In this document: positions 1-7,458 of the stretch, piece by piece
Position numbering within the stretch: the stretch's first letter is position 1
Layout: every line of letters begins with the position of its first letter
Translations under genes and position numbers: made by a program
Source: an uncultured Chthoniobacterales bacterium
GTDB lineage: Bacteria; Verrucomicrobiota; Verrucomicrobiia; Chthoniobacterales; UBA10450
Reading direction: 5' to 3'
DNA: 26,404 nt
Assembly: GCA_955652155.1 (NCBI GenBank)
Contig: CATPAT010000139.1
Span: 1-26,404 of the forward strand
Notes under the pieces: generated by a model
Told to the model about the DNA's origin: nothing
What the model saw: the letters and a program-made list of their open reading frames with translations, nothing else
Database searches by the model: none

Positions 1-201
1 GCTGCGCGCAGCCAGACTGGCGTCACGTTCATTGCCGTGTTCGATGTCGAAGGTGGCTCGGCGCACCAACCGTTTTTCCTGCCAGCGGACGTAAAGATCG
101 CGCCCGCCCCAGATTGCAGCGATCAGCAGAATGATGCCGAGCAGAACGCCGAACGAAAATCGGATGACTGTTCGCTGCGCCCTTTCAACAGATTGTTCCA
201 C
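1..201 (-). CDS. N-terminal part (runs off the window) of a single-pass membrane protein, possibly TPR-containing
   Basis: Manual translation from GTG at 201: MEQSVERAQRTVIRFSFGVLLGIILLIAAIWGGRDLYVRWQEKRLVRRATFDIEHGNERDASLAARS, open to base 1, with a hydrophobic TM segment. Not in the ORF track because it is truncated. The TPR call is inference from context (divergent from an exosortase). Confidence 0.7.
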   Translation of the reverse strand, partial: MEQSVERAQRTVIRFSFGVLLGIILLIAAIWGGRDLYVRWQEKRLVRRATFDIEHGNERDASLAARS

Positions 202-303
202 AGGAATTAAGGATTAAATGGAGAATTTCTGAAAAGGCGAATTGGGGTGGCAAATCAAGTTGCTTCCGCCAGAAGCATGTCGTGTTCCGCCGCGGGAAAC
301 CCG

Positions 304-346
304 CCCTGGTCGGTAGTGGTACACTGTATACCACTACCCCCTGGTC
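304..346. mobile_element. 27-bp miniature inverted-repeat element / IS scar with 8-bp target-site duplication
   Basis: CCCTGGTC (304-311), then GGTAGTGGTA-cactgta-TACCACTACC (312-338, perfect 10-bp IR), then CCCTGGTC (339-346). Confidence 0.65.
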
Positions 347-392
347 CAGCTCTCACTCATCGGCTCGCAAGTTGCTCGGGCTCGGCTACGCT

Positions 393-1970
393 ATGCCCCT
401 AATGGATGAGGCTGTTGCGCAAACCGCGCCCATTTCAGGAGCGATTACCAATAAAGCAGGGTGGCTGGTCGCGATTGTTCTCTTCGGTCTACTTTGGCTC
501 GAGCTCATCAATCAACTGAAAGCCGAATGGTGGCTTAATCCGCAATACAATTACGGCCTGATTGTTCCATTGCTCGCGCTCTATTTGTTCTGGAAACGCT
601 GGCGTAATCGACCCGCTCCCGCGCCACCAGCAGCAACCGGTTTTTCAATCGCTCTTATACTTTTCTGCGCCACCCTTTTTCTTCTGATTCGGTTTCTCGC
701 CGAAGCGAATCCGGAGTGGCGCTTGTTAAGCTGGCTGCTCGGGCTGGCGGTCGTTACCATCTCCCTTTCATTCCTATATTTAACCGGCGGCCGCGCCTGG
801 TTGCGGCACTTTGCCTTTCCGATCTTATTTTTTCTGGTCTCGGTGCCGTGGCCGGTCCGGATCGAGCAGGTCATTATTCAGGATCTGATGCGGGCGGTTA
901 CAGGTCTGAACGTCATATTTTTGCAGCTCGCGGGAGTCCCTGCGCTTCAACACGGGAACGTCATCGAAGTTGGCTCCGGCTTCATCGGAATCGAAGAGGC
1001 ATGCAGCGGGGTTCGGTCGCTGCAGGCCACGCTGATGATCTCTATCTTTCTTGGCGGACTTTATTTTTTTAGCGCAATCCGCCGGATTGCTCTGGTCATT
1101 ATCGGCGCTGCGCTGGCATTTGTTTGCAACGTGATCCGGACGGCCATTCTCGTTTGGGTTGGAACAAGCCGGGGCATCACCGGCATCGAAGCGTGGCATG
1201 ACCCGGCCGGCCTGACCATTTTGATCGTTTGCTTGTTCGGTCTTTGGCTGGTGAGCCTTGTCATGCTGCGTGGTGGAAACAGACCACAGATTCCGCCGCC
1301 GCCGTTCACTCAGAATGTACCGGCTCGTCTCAGTTCGAGTCTGTTAATCGGCCTGGGCATGTGGCTGCTTCTCGTCGAAGTGTCGGTGCAAATTTGGTAT
1401 CGGGCTCACCAAATCGCAGCCAGTTCGCGTTGGGCCGTGCACTGGCCGGAATCAGAAAACAATTACAAACCGGTGCCGATCGCGCCCGAAGCCGAGTCGT
1501 TGCTTCACTTCAATGAAGGTGGCGGCGCCGCCTGGGAAGGCGATGATGGTCACCGGTGGATCATGTATTTCTTCAAATGGTTGCCGGGCCGGACTGCGGC
1601 GCGTTTTGTGAAAGTCCATCGCCCGGACATTTGTCTTCCGGCAAGCGGCAGAACAATGGAACGCAACAACGGTCTGCGCATGATCGCAGTCAACGGGTTG
1701 AACATGCCCATCCGTTCCTATCGATTCGACGATCGCGGTTCTCCGCTGCACGTCTTTTACTGCTATTGGGACGCGCGGTCGTCCTACGAAAGTGTGGCCG
1801 CGGCCGAGGCCGAAGATTGGTCGGCCCGGGGACGAATTCGCGCGGCGCTGCAAGGCCGGCGCGAGATCGGCGCGCAGATTCTGGAAATCATCGTTTGGGG
1901 TTATCAGGACGACGACGAGGCGAACGCGGCCCTCGCACGCGAGTTGGGCCGCCTTGTCCGGGCCGGTTGA
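393..1970 (+). CDS. Exosortase (EpsH/archaeosortase family) fused to a C-terminal EpsI-like domain
   Basis: Multiple TM helices, YNYGLIVP, and the catalytic Cys/Arg/His motifs EEACSGVRSL, NVIRT and WHD. C-terminal soluble domain has VHRPDICLPASG. The start is more likely ATG 393 or 402 than GTG 282. Confidence 0.9.
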   Translation: MPLMDEAVAQTAPISGAITNKAGWLVAIVLFGLLWLELINQLKAEWWLNPQYNYGLIVPLLALYLFWKRWRNRPAPAPPAATGFSIALILFCATLFLLIRFLAEANPEWRLLSWLLGLAVVTISLSFLYLTGGRAWLRHFAFPILFFLVSVPWPVRIEQVIIQDLMRAVTGLNVIFLQLAGVPALQHGNVIEVGSGFIGIEEACSGVRSLQATLMISIFLGGLYFFSAIRRIALVIIGAALAFVCNVIRTAILVWVGTSRGITGIEAWHDPAGLTILIVCLFGLWLVSLVMLRGGNRPQIPPPPFTQNVPARLSSSLLIGLGMWLLLVEVSVQIWYRAHQIAASSRWAVHWPESENNYKPVPIAPEAESLLHFNEGGGAAWEGDDGHRWIMYFFKWLPGRTAARFVKVHRPDICLPASGRTMERNNGLRMIAVNGLNMPIRSYRFDDRGSPLHVFYCYWDARSSYESVAAAEAEDWSARGRIRAALQGRREIGAQILEIIVWGYQDDDEANAALARELGRLVRAG

Positions 1971-2039
1971 TTTTCGCACGCCGGAAAAATATTCTGCTAA
2001 AATCGCAGCAAGAAGCGGGTGGGCATCGAATGTGAGTGA

Positions 2040-2048
2040 TGACAAACT
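2040..2048 (+). promoter_or_regulatory. Putative extended -10 promoter (leaderless) for the ogt-like gene
   Basis: TG-a-CAAACT (2040-2048), then 6 nt, then ATG 2055. No Shine-Dalgarno. Confidence 0.4.
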
Positions 2049-2054
2049 GCCGGT

Positions 2055-2933
2055 ATGAATGATTACGAACGAGTTGCAAACGTGATCCGGTTCTTGGATC
2101 GACATCATACTGAGCAACCTGATCTCAACCAGCTCGCGTCCGCTGCCGGTCTGAGTCCGTTTCATTTTCACCGGCTCTTTTCAGCTTGGGCCGGCGTCAC
2201 TCCGAAGGATTTTTTGCAATGCCTGACTCTCGAGCATGTGAAACACCTGTTGCGAAATGGCGACAATGTTTTCGACGCCGCGCTCAACGCCGGTTTGTCC
2301 GGACCGGGGCGATTACACGATCTTTGCGTGACACTCGAGGCCGCGTCGCCGGGTGAAATGAAAAACGGCGGCGCCGGAATGCAGATCGAGTACGGTTTTG
2401 CCGAGACCCCATTCGGCCAAGCGCTCATCGCCGAAACGAAGCGCGGAATTTGCCATCTCTCTTTTGTCGACGGCCACGGCCGGAATAGCGCGCGAAATCT
2501 TCTAACGTCGCAATGGCCGAACGCAAAATTGAATCGAAACGATGCACGGAACGCGGAGTTGTCCGCAAAAATCTTCACCCAGGTTCGCGATGGTGCGTCG
2601 CGTCCAGCTCTTCGCGCTTTTGTCCGCGGAACTCCGTTCCAGTTACGGGTCTGGCGCGCGTTGTTGCGGGTGCCATCAGGCTCGCTCACGACTTACGGGC
2701 GCCTCGCCCAAGCAATTGGCCAGTCGCAAGCCGCTCGCGCAGTCGGGAGCGCAGTCGGCGCCAACCCGATTGCGTTTATCATTCCGTGCCACCGCGTCAT
2801 TCGCGAAACGGGCGCACTCGGCAATTATCACTGGGACCCGATTCGCAAACGCGCCATCGTCGGATGGGAGCTCTTGTCACCAAACTCGATCGGCGGGGAA
2901 GAAACCGATCGAATCAGGGCCACCGCGGCTTAA
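2055..2933 (+). CDS. ogt: AraC-HTH / methylated-DNA-protein cysteine methyltransferase (Ada/Ogt type, no Ada Zn-binding N-domain)
   Basis: AraC HTH (LAS..GLSPFHFHRLF..WAGVTPK), GTPFQLRVW, RAVGSAVGANP, and active-site IPCHRV. Confidence 0.9.
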   Translation: MNDYERVANVIRFLDRHHTEQPDLNQLASAAGLSPFHFHRLFSAWAGVTPKDFLQCLTLEHVKHLLRNGDNVFDAALNAGLSGPGRLHDLCVTLEAASPGEMKNGGAGMQIEYGFAETPFGQALIAETKRGICHLSFVDGHGRNSARNLLTSQWPNAKLNRNDARNAELSAKIFTQVRDGASRPALRAFVRGTPFQLRVWRALLRVPSGSLTTYGRLAQAIGQSQAARAVGSAVGANPIAFIIPCHRVIRETGALGNYHWDPIRKRAIVGWELLSPNSIGGEETDRIRATAA

Positions 2934-2942
2934 CAACCAACC

Positions 2943-2956
2943 TAAGATCGACATCG
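2943..2956 (+). repeat. Dispersed motif TAAGATCGACATCG, exact 14-mer copy
   Basis: 9 nt after the ogt stop, on the sense strand. It also reads as TCGACA-N17-TACCGT (2948-2976) upstream of pdxH. Confidence 0.75.
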
Positions 2957-2996
2957 TCGCCGCCCCGAAATACCGTAAGCGATCGCTGCTTGCTGT

Positions 2997-3647
2997 ATGG
3001 ACAAGGTTTCTCTCGATTACGCCGGTTTTCGCCACGAATACATCGGCGGCGGATTGCGGCGGGCCGATCTCGATCCCGACCCGATCAAACAGTTTCAGAG
3101 CTGGTTCGCCGCAGCGATTAAAGCTGGCATTTCCGATGCCAACGCGATGACTCTGGCTACCTGCGTGGACAATAAACCGTCCGCCCGCGTGGTGTTACTC
3201 AAGGATTTTGATGAGCGCGGTTTTGTTTTCTTCACGAATTATTCCAGCGACAAAGGCCGGCAGCTTGAGAAAAATCCAACGGCCGCGCTGGTGATGTATT
3301 GGATGGAAGTGGAGCGTCAGATCCGAATCGAGGGAAAGGTGGAAAAAACTTCGCGCGAAGAATCCGAGGAATATTTCCACACCCGGCCTTTCGGCGCACA
3401 ACTTGGAGCGTGGACTTCGCACCAAAGCGCGGTGATTGATGGGCGGCGAGTTCTCGATGCTCGTCTCGAAGAAATGAAACAACGTTTCGCTGAAGGACGG
3501 ATTCCACTTCCGCCGCACTGGGGTGGATTTCGTCTCAAACCCGACCGGATGGAGGTTTGGCAGGGACGCCCAGACCGTTTGCACGATCGATTTCGTTACA
3601 CGTTGCAATCGAGTGGTTCTTGGTCGATAGACCGGCTCGCGCCGTGA
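2997..3647 (+). CDS. pdxH: Pyridoxamine 5'-phosphate oxidase
   Basis: DANAMTLAT, PSARVVLLK, FFTNYSSDKG, RQIRIEG, YFHTRP, PPHWGG, EVWQGRPDRLHDR. Confidence 0.97.
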   Translation: MDKVSLDYAGFRHEYIGGGLRRADLDPDPIKQFQSWFAAAIKAGISDANAMTLATCVDNKPSARVVLLKDFDERGFVFFTNYSSDKGRQLEKNPTAALVMYWMEVERQIRIEGKVEKTSREESEEYFHTRPFGAQLGAWTSHQSAVIDGRRVLDARLEEMKQRFAEGRIPLPPHWGGFRLKPDRMEVWQGRPDRLHDRFRYTLQSSGSWSIDRLAP

Positions 3648-3689
3648 TATCCGACCAGCGCGTTCGCCGTGGCAGTTGCGAATCAATTG

Positions 3690-4139
3690 ATGATGGATCC
3701 GATCGATGAAGATTTTGTGAATGACGAACCTCTCGGCGCCGAGCAAAAGGCGTCGGCGCGAAAACGCCGCCGCCGCCCGCCCAGCGTCTTGGAGCCTCCT
3801 CCTCGTCGCCGGGAACAAATTGGCGGGAGAACGAGTCGAGAACGGACCGAGCTGTTTCTTCGCGAAAATCCGGTGCCGATAATTCTTGGCGCCCTCGTTG
3901 CCGGACTCGCCATCGGTCTGGCGATTCATTACACATCGCGCTCCGAAAAAGAAGTGGAAGTGAAAACGCCGCTTGGGCGCATCAACTGGAGCGTGCTTTC
4001 GCTGCCGTTTCTCTGGCCGCTCTTCCGCGGAATGAAAGAGAGTCTCGAAGGCTCCACGGATTCAATCAGGGAGGGCGTGAAGAATATCGATCGCTACACC
4101 AAGCCGATCCGCAAACGCTGGAAATCCTGGACCGATTGA
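3690..4139 (+). CDS. Hypothetical membrane-anchored protein with an ElaB/YqjD(DUF883)-like segment
   Basis: ELFLRENPVPIILGALVAGLAIGLAI resembles the YqjD/ElaB tail anchor, and there is a second hydrophobic stretch. The start is uncertain (GTG 3669 or ATG 3690/3693). Confidence 0.6.
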   Translation: MMDPIDEDFVNDEPLGAEQKASARKRRRRPPSVLEPPPRRREQIGGRTSRERTELFLRENPVPIILGALVAGLAIGLAIHYTSRSEKEVEVKTPLGRINWSVLSLPFLWPLFRGMKESLEGSTDSIREGVKNIDRYTKPIRKRWKSWTD

Positions 4140-4145
4140 GCTTCC

Positions 4146-4195
4146 TGTCATTTCGACCGACGTGGAGAAATCTCTTACTGTTTCTGAAATCAGAG
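4146..4195 (+). repeat. Truncated REP-like intergenic repeat of the TGTCATTTCGAC...GAGAAATCTC type
   Basis: TGTCATTTCGACCGACGTGGAGAAATCTC right after a stop codon matches a repeat family I recall from many genomes. The complementary second half (..CGACATGACA) is absent. Confidence 0.5.
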
Positions 4196-4204
4196 TGCTA
4201 ATCT
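4196..4204 (+). promoter_or_regulatory. Putative extended -10 promoter (leaderless) for the cytochrome c gene
   Basis: TG-c-TAATCT, then 6 nt, then GTG 4211. No SD. Confidence 0.55.
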
Positions 4205-4210
4205 CGCGGC

Positions 4211-5323
4211 GTGCTGCGCTTCATTGCGTTTTTAGCAATCGCCGTCGCTAGCGTTTCGGCCAAAGAGCCGACGCAAACTCCCGAAGCCGGCGCCAAGTTC
4301 GTCGGCGCGGTTGGATGTCGATCTTCCAGTTGTCACGGCGGCGCCGGCGAAAAACGCAGCCAATACATCACTTGGTCGCAAAAAGATTTTCACACCCGCG
4401 CTTACGCAATTTTGCTGGACGCGCGGTCGGCTCGCATCGGTGAAGCGGTCGGCGTCTCGCAGCCGCAGTCGAGCGCGCGCTGCACCGTCTGTCATTCGCC
4501 TTTTCAATCGGTTGCTCAGACTCGCCTGACCTCAACCGCGCGTCCCGATGAAGGCGTGTCGTGTGAAAGTTGCCACGGCGCGGCCCAACCGTGGCTGCGC
4601 GGACATACCCGCACCGATTGGACTTACGCGACGCGGGTGGCCGCCGGCATGCATGACTTGCGAAATCTCTATGTGCGCGCGAACGCGTGCGTCGCCTGCC
4701 ACCAAAATGTCGACGCTGACATCTTGAAGGCTGGTCACCCCGAACTCGTCTTTGAGCTCGATAGTCAATCGGTCAACGAACCAAAGCACTGGCGCGACGA
4801 CGACTCTTGGAGCGGTGTACGGGAATGGTTGGTTGGGCAAGCAGTAGCACTGCGCGAAGTGATGTGGGCGCTCAACACTCAGAGTGCGCCTTCCGACGAA
4901 CTCAAAGCTCAAGGCTGGGGTTTAGGCTGGCTTCTGGCTGAAACTACCAATGCCGTTCCGGAGTTGCCTAAGATCAGTTCCGGGATGTTAAAGGTTGCGG
5001 AGGCTACTCAAAAAGGTGCGGATGAGTTGGCGCGCGTCGCAGCGGTCTCGAATTGGTCGGAGATGTCTGTGCGTAATCTCCTGTTAGCGCTTGCCTCAAC
5101 CGAAAATCAATTTAGTGGAAAGGGCGTGATGGGCCCACCGCCAGCCGCTCCTCAACGCGCGCAGCGCCTTGTTCTTGCTCTCGAACGACTGAGTCTCACG
5201 CTGAATCTCGCGCCGAATTTAGAAAAAGAACTGACTGCGCTCCGTGAGGATGTGACGCGACACTACGATTTCAATGGAGCAACATTCGCCGAACATCTGC
5301 GCGCGTTTCGCGCAAAGCTGTAG
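4211..5323 (+). CDS. Exported tetraheme c-type cytochrome (cytochrome c554/c-552-like N-domain plus heme-free helical C-domain)
   Basis: Signal peptide MLRFIAFLAIAVASVSA and heme motifs CRSSSCH, CTVCH, CESCH, CVACH. Confidence 0.85.
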   Translation: MLRFIAFLAIAVASVSAKEPTQTPEAGAKFVGAVGCRSSSCHGGAGEKRSQYITWSQKDFHTRAYAILLDARSARIGEAVGVSQPQSSARCTVCHSPFQSVAQTRLTSTARPDEGVSCESCHGAAQPWLRGHTRTDWTYATRVAAGMHDLRNLYVRANACVACHQNVDADILKAGHPELVFELDSQSVNEPKHWRDDDSWSGVREWLVGQAVALREVMWALNTQSAPSDELKAQGWGLGWLLAETTNAVPELPKISSGMLKVAEATQKGADELARVAAVSNWSEMSVRNLLLALASTENQFSGKGVMGPPPAAPQRAQRLVLALERLSLTLNLAPNLEKELTALREDVTRHYDFNGATFAEHLRAFRAKL

Positions 5324-5409
5324 GGTGGATCGAGCAGTCCCTTGCTCGATGTTAAATTGCGGCGGAGCCGCACTAATATCATCGCCCGCGGAGCGGCCGA
5401 TCCACCTTC
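5320..5409 (+). repeat. GTAG-type REP-like multi-hairpin element
   Basis: Starts with GTAG. Outer IR GGTGGATCG (5324-5332) / CGATCCACC (5398-5406). Inner hairpins at 5329-5350, 5358-5372 (GGA loop) and 5381-5401 (GGA loop). Confidence 0.65.
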
Positions 5410-5436
5410 CCGTTTGAATGCTGGTTCCTCCTCGCG

Positions 5437-5452
5437 GAAGATGTCGATCTTC
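5437..5452. repeat. Palindromised copy of the dispersed motif (GAAGAT-GTCG-ATCTTC), 2 nt before the resB ATG
   Basis: Minus strand reads AAGATCGACATC (5451-5440) and forms a 6-bp stem with a tetraloop. Confidence 0.55.
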
Positions 5453-5454
5453 GC

Positions 5455-7449
5455 ATGGCCAAAACAAATCGATCCGACCAGCCCGCGTGGCAGCAGAACG
5501 CGATCTTCGAGTTTTTCTCATCGCTCAAGCTCGCTGTTGTCCTTTTGGCTGTGCTCATCGCGGGCGCGATCGTCGGCACCCTTTACGAATCGAGTTTCGA
5601 CGCCAAAGTCGCGCGCACTTATGTCTATGGCGCGCCATGGTTTAATGCCTGGCTCGTTTTACTCGGCGCGAATTTGACCGCGTCCGCGTTCTCGCGTTGG
5701 CCCTGGAAAAAATATCACACCGCGTTTCTTATTACTCATCTCGGCATCATCACGCTTCTGATTGGGTCGCTCATCGGCCGGATCTTTGGCGTCGAAGGCA
5801 CAATCACGCTCTTCAAGGGCGAAGCGTCGACGAACCGATTGCTGGTCGATCAGCATCAGCTTCGCGTCCATGATCTCGACGGGATCATCAAAGGTTATCC
5901 CGCGGAATTTCTGCATCATCCGCCCGATCCGGAGCATCCAAGAAATCTCGGCCAGCTCGCAAGCGGCGCGCGTTTGCAAATCGTCGATTACGCTCCCGCA
6001 ATCGAAGGCAAACTCAATCCCAGGCCGCTCAAAGACGGCGGCGCGCCGGCGGCGCATTTCAAAATCGAAACGGCGATGATGAACCAGCACTTCGAAAACT
6101 GGTTACTGGCGGACGATCCGCAGCATGGAAGTTTTTCGATGGGACTGGCGAACATCGAACTTAAACGCGGGGCCGCTTCTTCGGTAGTGGCCGGTCCGAG
6201 CCGGACTGGCGTTCTCCCCAGCGGCAAAAATGAAGCGGTTGATCTCGAGGAATCGATTTTCGCTTTCAGCAAAGCGCCGGACGAACAGATCGGTCACGTC
6301 AACAAAGGCGGCAGCACCGGCGCGAAGGTCCGGCTCGAACCACCAGAGAATGGAAACAAAGGCCGTGTCGTAATTTCGTTAAGCGGAAAAGAAACAAGTT
6401 TTGATGTCGCGGAGAATGTTGGCCGGGAAACGAAAATCGAGAAAACGCCCTTCGCACTTAAGATCGACAATTACTGGGCCGATTTTCGGATCGAGAATGG
6501 CAAACCGAATTCGATCAGCGATCAACCGAACAATCCGGCGGTCCTGATTACGATTCGCGGCAAAGGGGTTCCCCAAACGGCATCGGAAACGAAGAATCCG
6601 CATGGCACAGGCGAAATGCCGACGACTGGCGGTCCGCCGACAATGCCGTCCGCTGGCGAAGCAGCGCCGAATCATCTGACCCTGTTCGTTGCAAACGACG
6701 GCGCGCTCTCCTACGAATTGCTCTCGCGCAAGAACGGTAAATCATCCGGCAAGATCGACCTGGACAAGCCGCTGATTACCGGCTGGGCGGATTGGCAGCT
6801 CGTCGTGGACAAAACTCTGCCGCACGCCGAGCAATGGATGGATTTCCGAGCGGCGAAGTCGGAGGCCACAACATCGGCCTCGGGGGCGGCCGAACTGCCC
6901 GACGGCGTGCGTGTTCGGGTGGAACAAAATGGCGAGACATTGGAGCAATGGGTGCCAGCCGGCTGGCAGGTCACAGTGCCCACTTCGCCGAACGAAACGA
7001 TGATTGCCTACGGTTGGAAAACGCTTCCGCTGCCGATTGGGCTCGAGCTGCTCGACTTCGAAGTGAAACGGAACGAAGGCAGCGACAGTCCTGCTGGATT
7101 CAAGAGCACATTACGTGTAACTAATTCAGACGGCCAAAGCGCCGCCGGTTCCTGTTGGATGAATCATCCGTTCAGTTATCCGAGCGGCTGGTTGCGAACT
7201 TGGACCGGATTGACCTACAAAATTTCGCAGGCATCCTGGAATCCGGACAATCTCCAACAAAGCAGCGTCCAAATTTTGCGCGACCCCGGCTGGCTCTTGA
7301 AATGGATCGGTTCGCTCCTTGTTGTCGTCGGCGTGTTCATGATGTTTTATCTTCAGCCCTATCGGAAACAAACTGAAGGCGAACCAATCACGCCGATGGG
7401 TCCGAAACCGGCGAAGGGAGTGCAAGAGGTGCATCCGGTCGCGCGCTGA
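5455..7449 (+). CDS. resB: Cytochrome c biogenesis protein ResB/CcsB (system II)
   Basis: FFSSLKLAVVLL, YGAPWF, THLGIITLLIG, a large periplasmic domain, MNHPFSY, and a final TM after QILRDPG. Confidence 0.88.
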   Translation: MAKTNRSDQPAWQQNAIFEFFSSLKLAVVLLAVLIAGAIVGTLYESSFDAKVARTYVYGAPWFNAWLVLLGANLTASAFSRWPWKKYHTAFLITHLGIITLLIGSLIGRIFGVEGTITLFKGEASTNRLLVDQHQLRVHDLDGIIKGYPAEFLHHPPDPEHPRNLGQLASGARLQIVDYAPAIEGKLNPRPLKDGGAPAAHFKIETAMMNQHFENWLLADDPQHGSFSMGLANIELKRGAASSVVAGPSRTGVLPSGKNEAVDLEESIFAFSKAPDEQIGHVNKGGSTGAKVRLEPPENGNKGRVVISLSGKETSFDVAENVGRETKIEKTPFALKIDNYWADFRIENGKPNSISDQPNNPAVLITIRGKGVPQTASETKNPHGTGEMPTTGGPPTMPSAGEAAPNHLTLFVANDGALSYELLSRKNGKSSGKIDLDKPLITGWADWQLVVDKTLPHAEQWMDFRAAKSEATTSASGAAELPDGVRVRVEQNGETLEQWVPAGWQVTVPTSPNETMIAYGWKTLPLPIGLELLDFEVKRNEGSDSPAGFKSTLRVTNSDGQSAAGSCWMNHPFSYPSGWLRTWTGLTYKISQASWNPDNLQQSSVQILRDPGWLLKWIGSLLVVVGVFMMFYLQPYRKQTEGEPITPMGPKPAKGVQEVHPVAR

Positions 7450-7458
7450 ATCAGATTT

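Noticed and set aside
282-392. GTG 282 start of the exosortase
   Set aside because: It translates through the IR/TSD element and gives a non-protein-like leader. ATG 393 or 402 fits better.
4175-4201. CIRCE (HrcA operator): perfect right half GAGTGCTAA at 4193-4201
   Set aside because: The left half would need TTAGCACTC at 4175-4183 but reads TTACTGTTT, and the downstream gene is not a chaperone. The match is better explained by the extended -10.
6459-6470. Near-copies of the dispersed motif inside CDSs (TAAGATCGACAA in resB; AAGATCGACA at about 12661, 13265, 14706 and 25364)
   Set aside because: Explained by K-I-D or V-D-L codons. Not counted as motif copies, but they show that background correction is essential.
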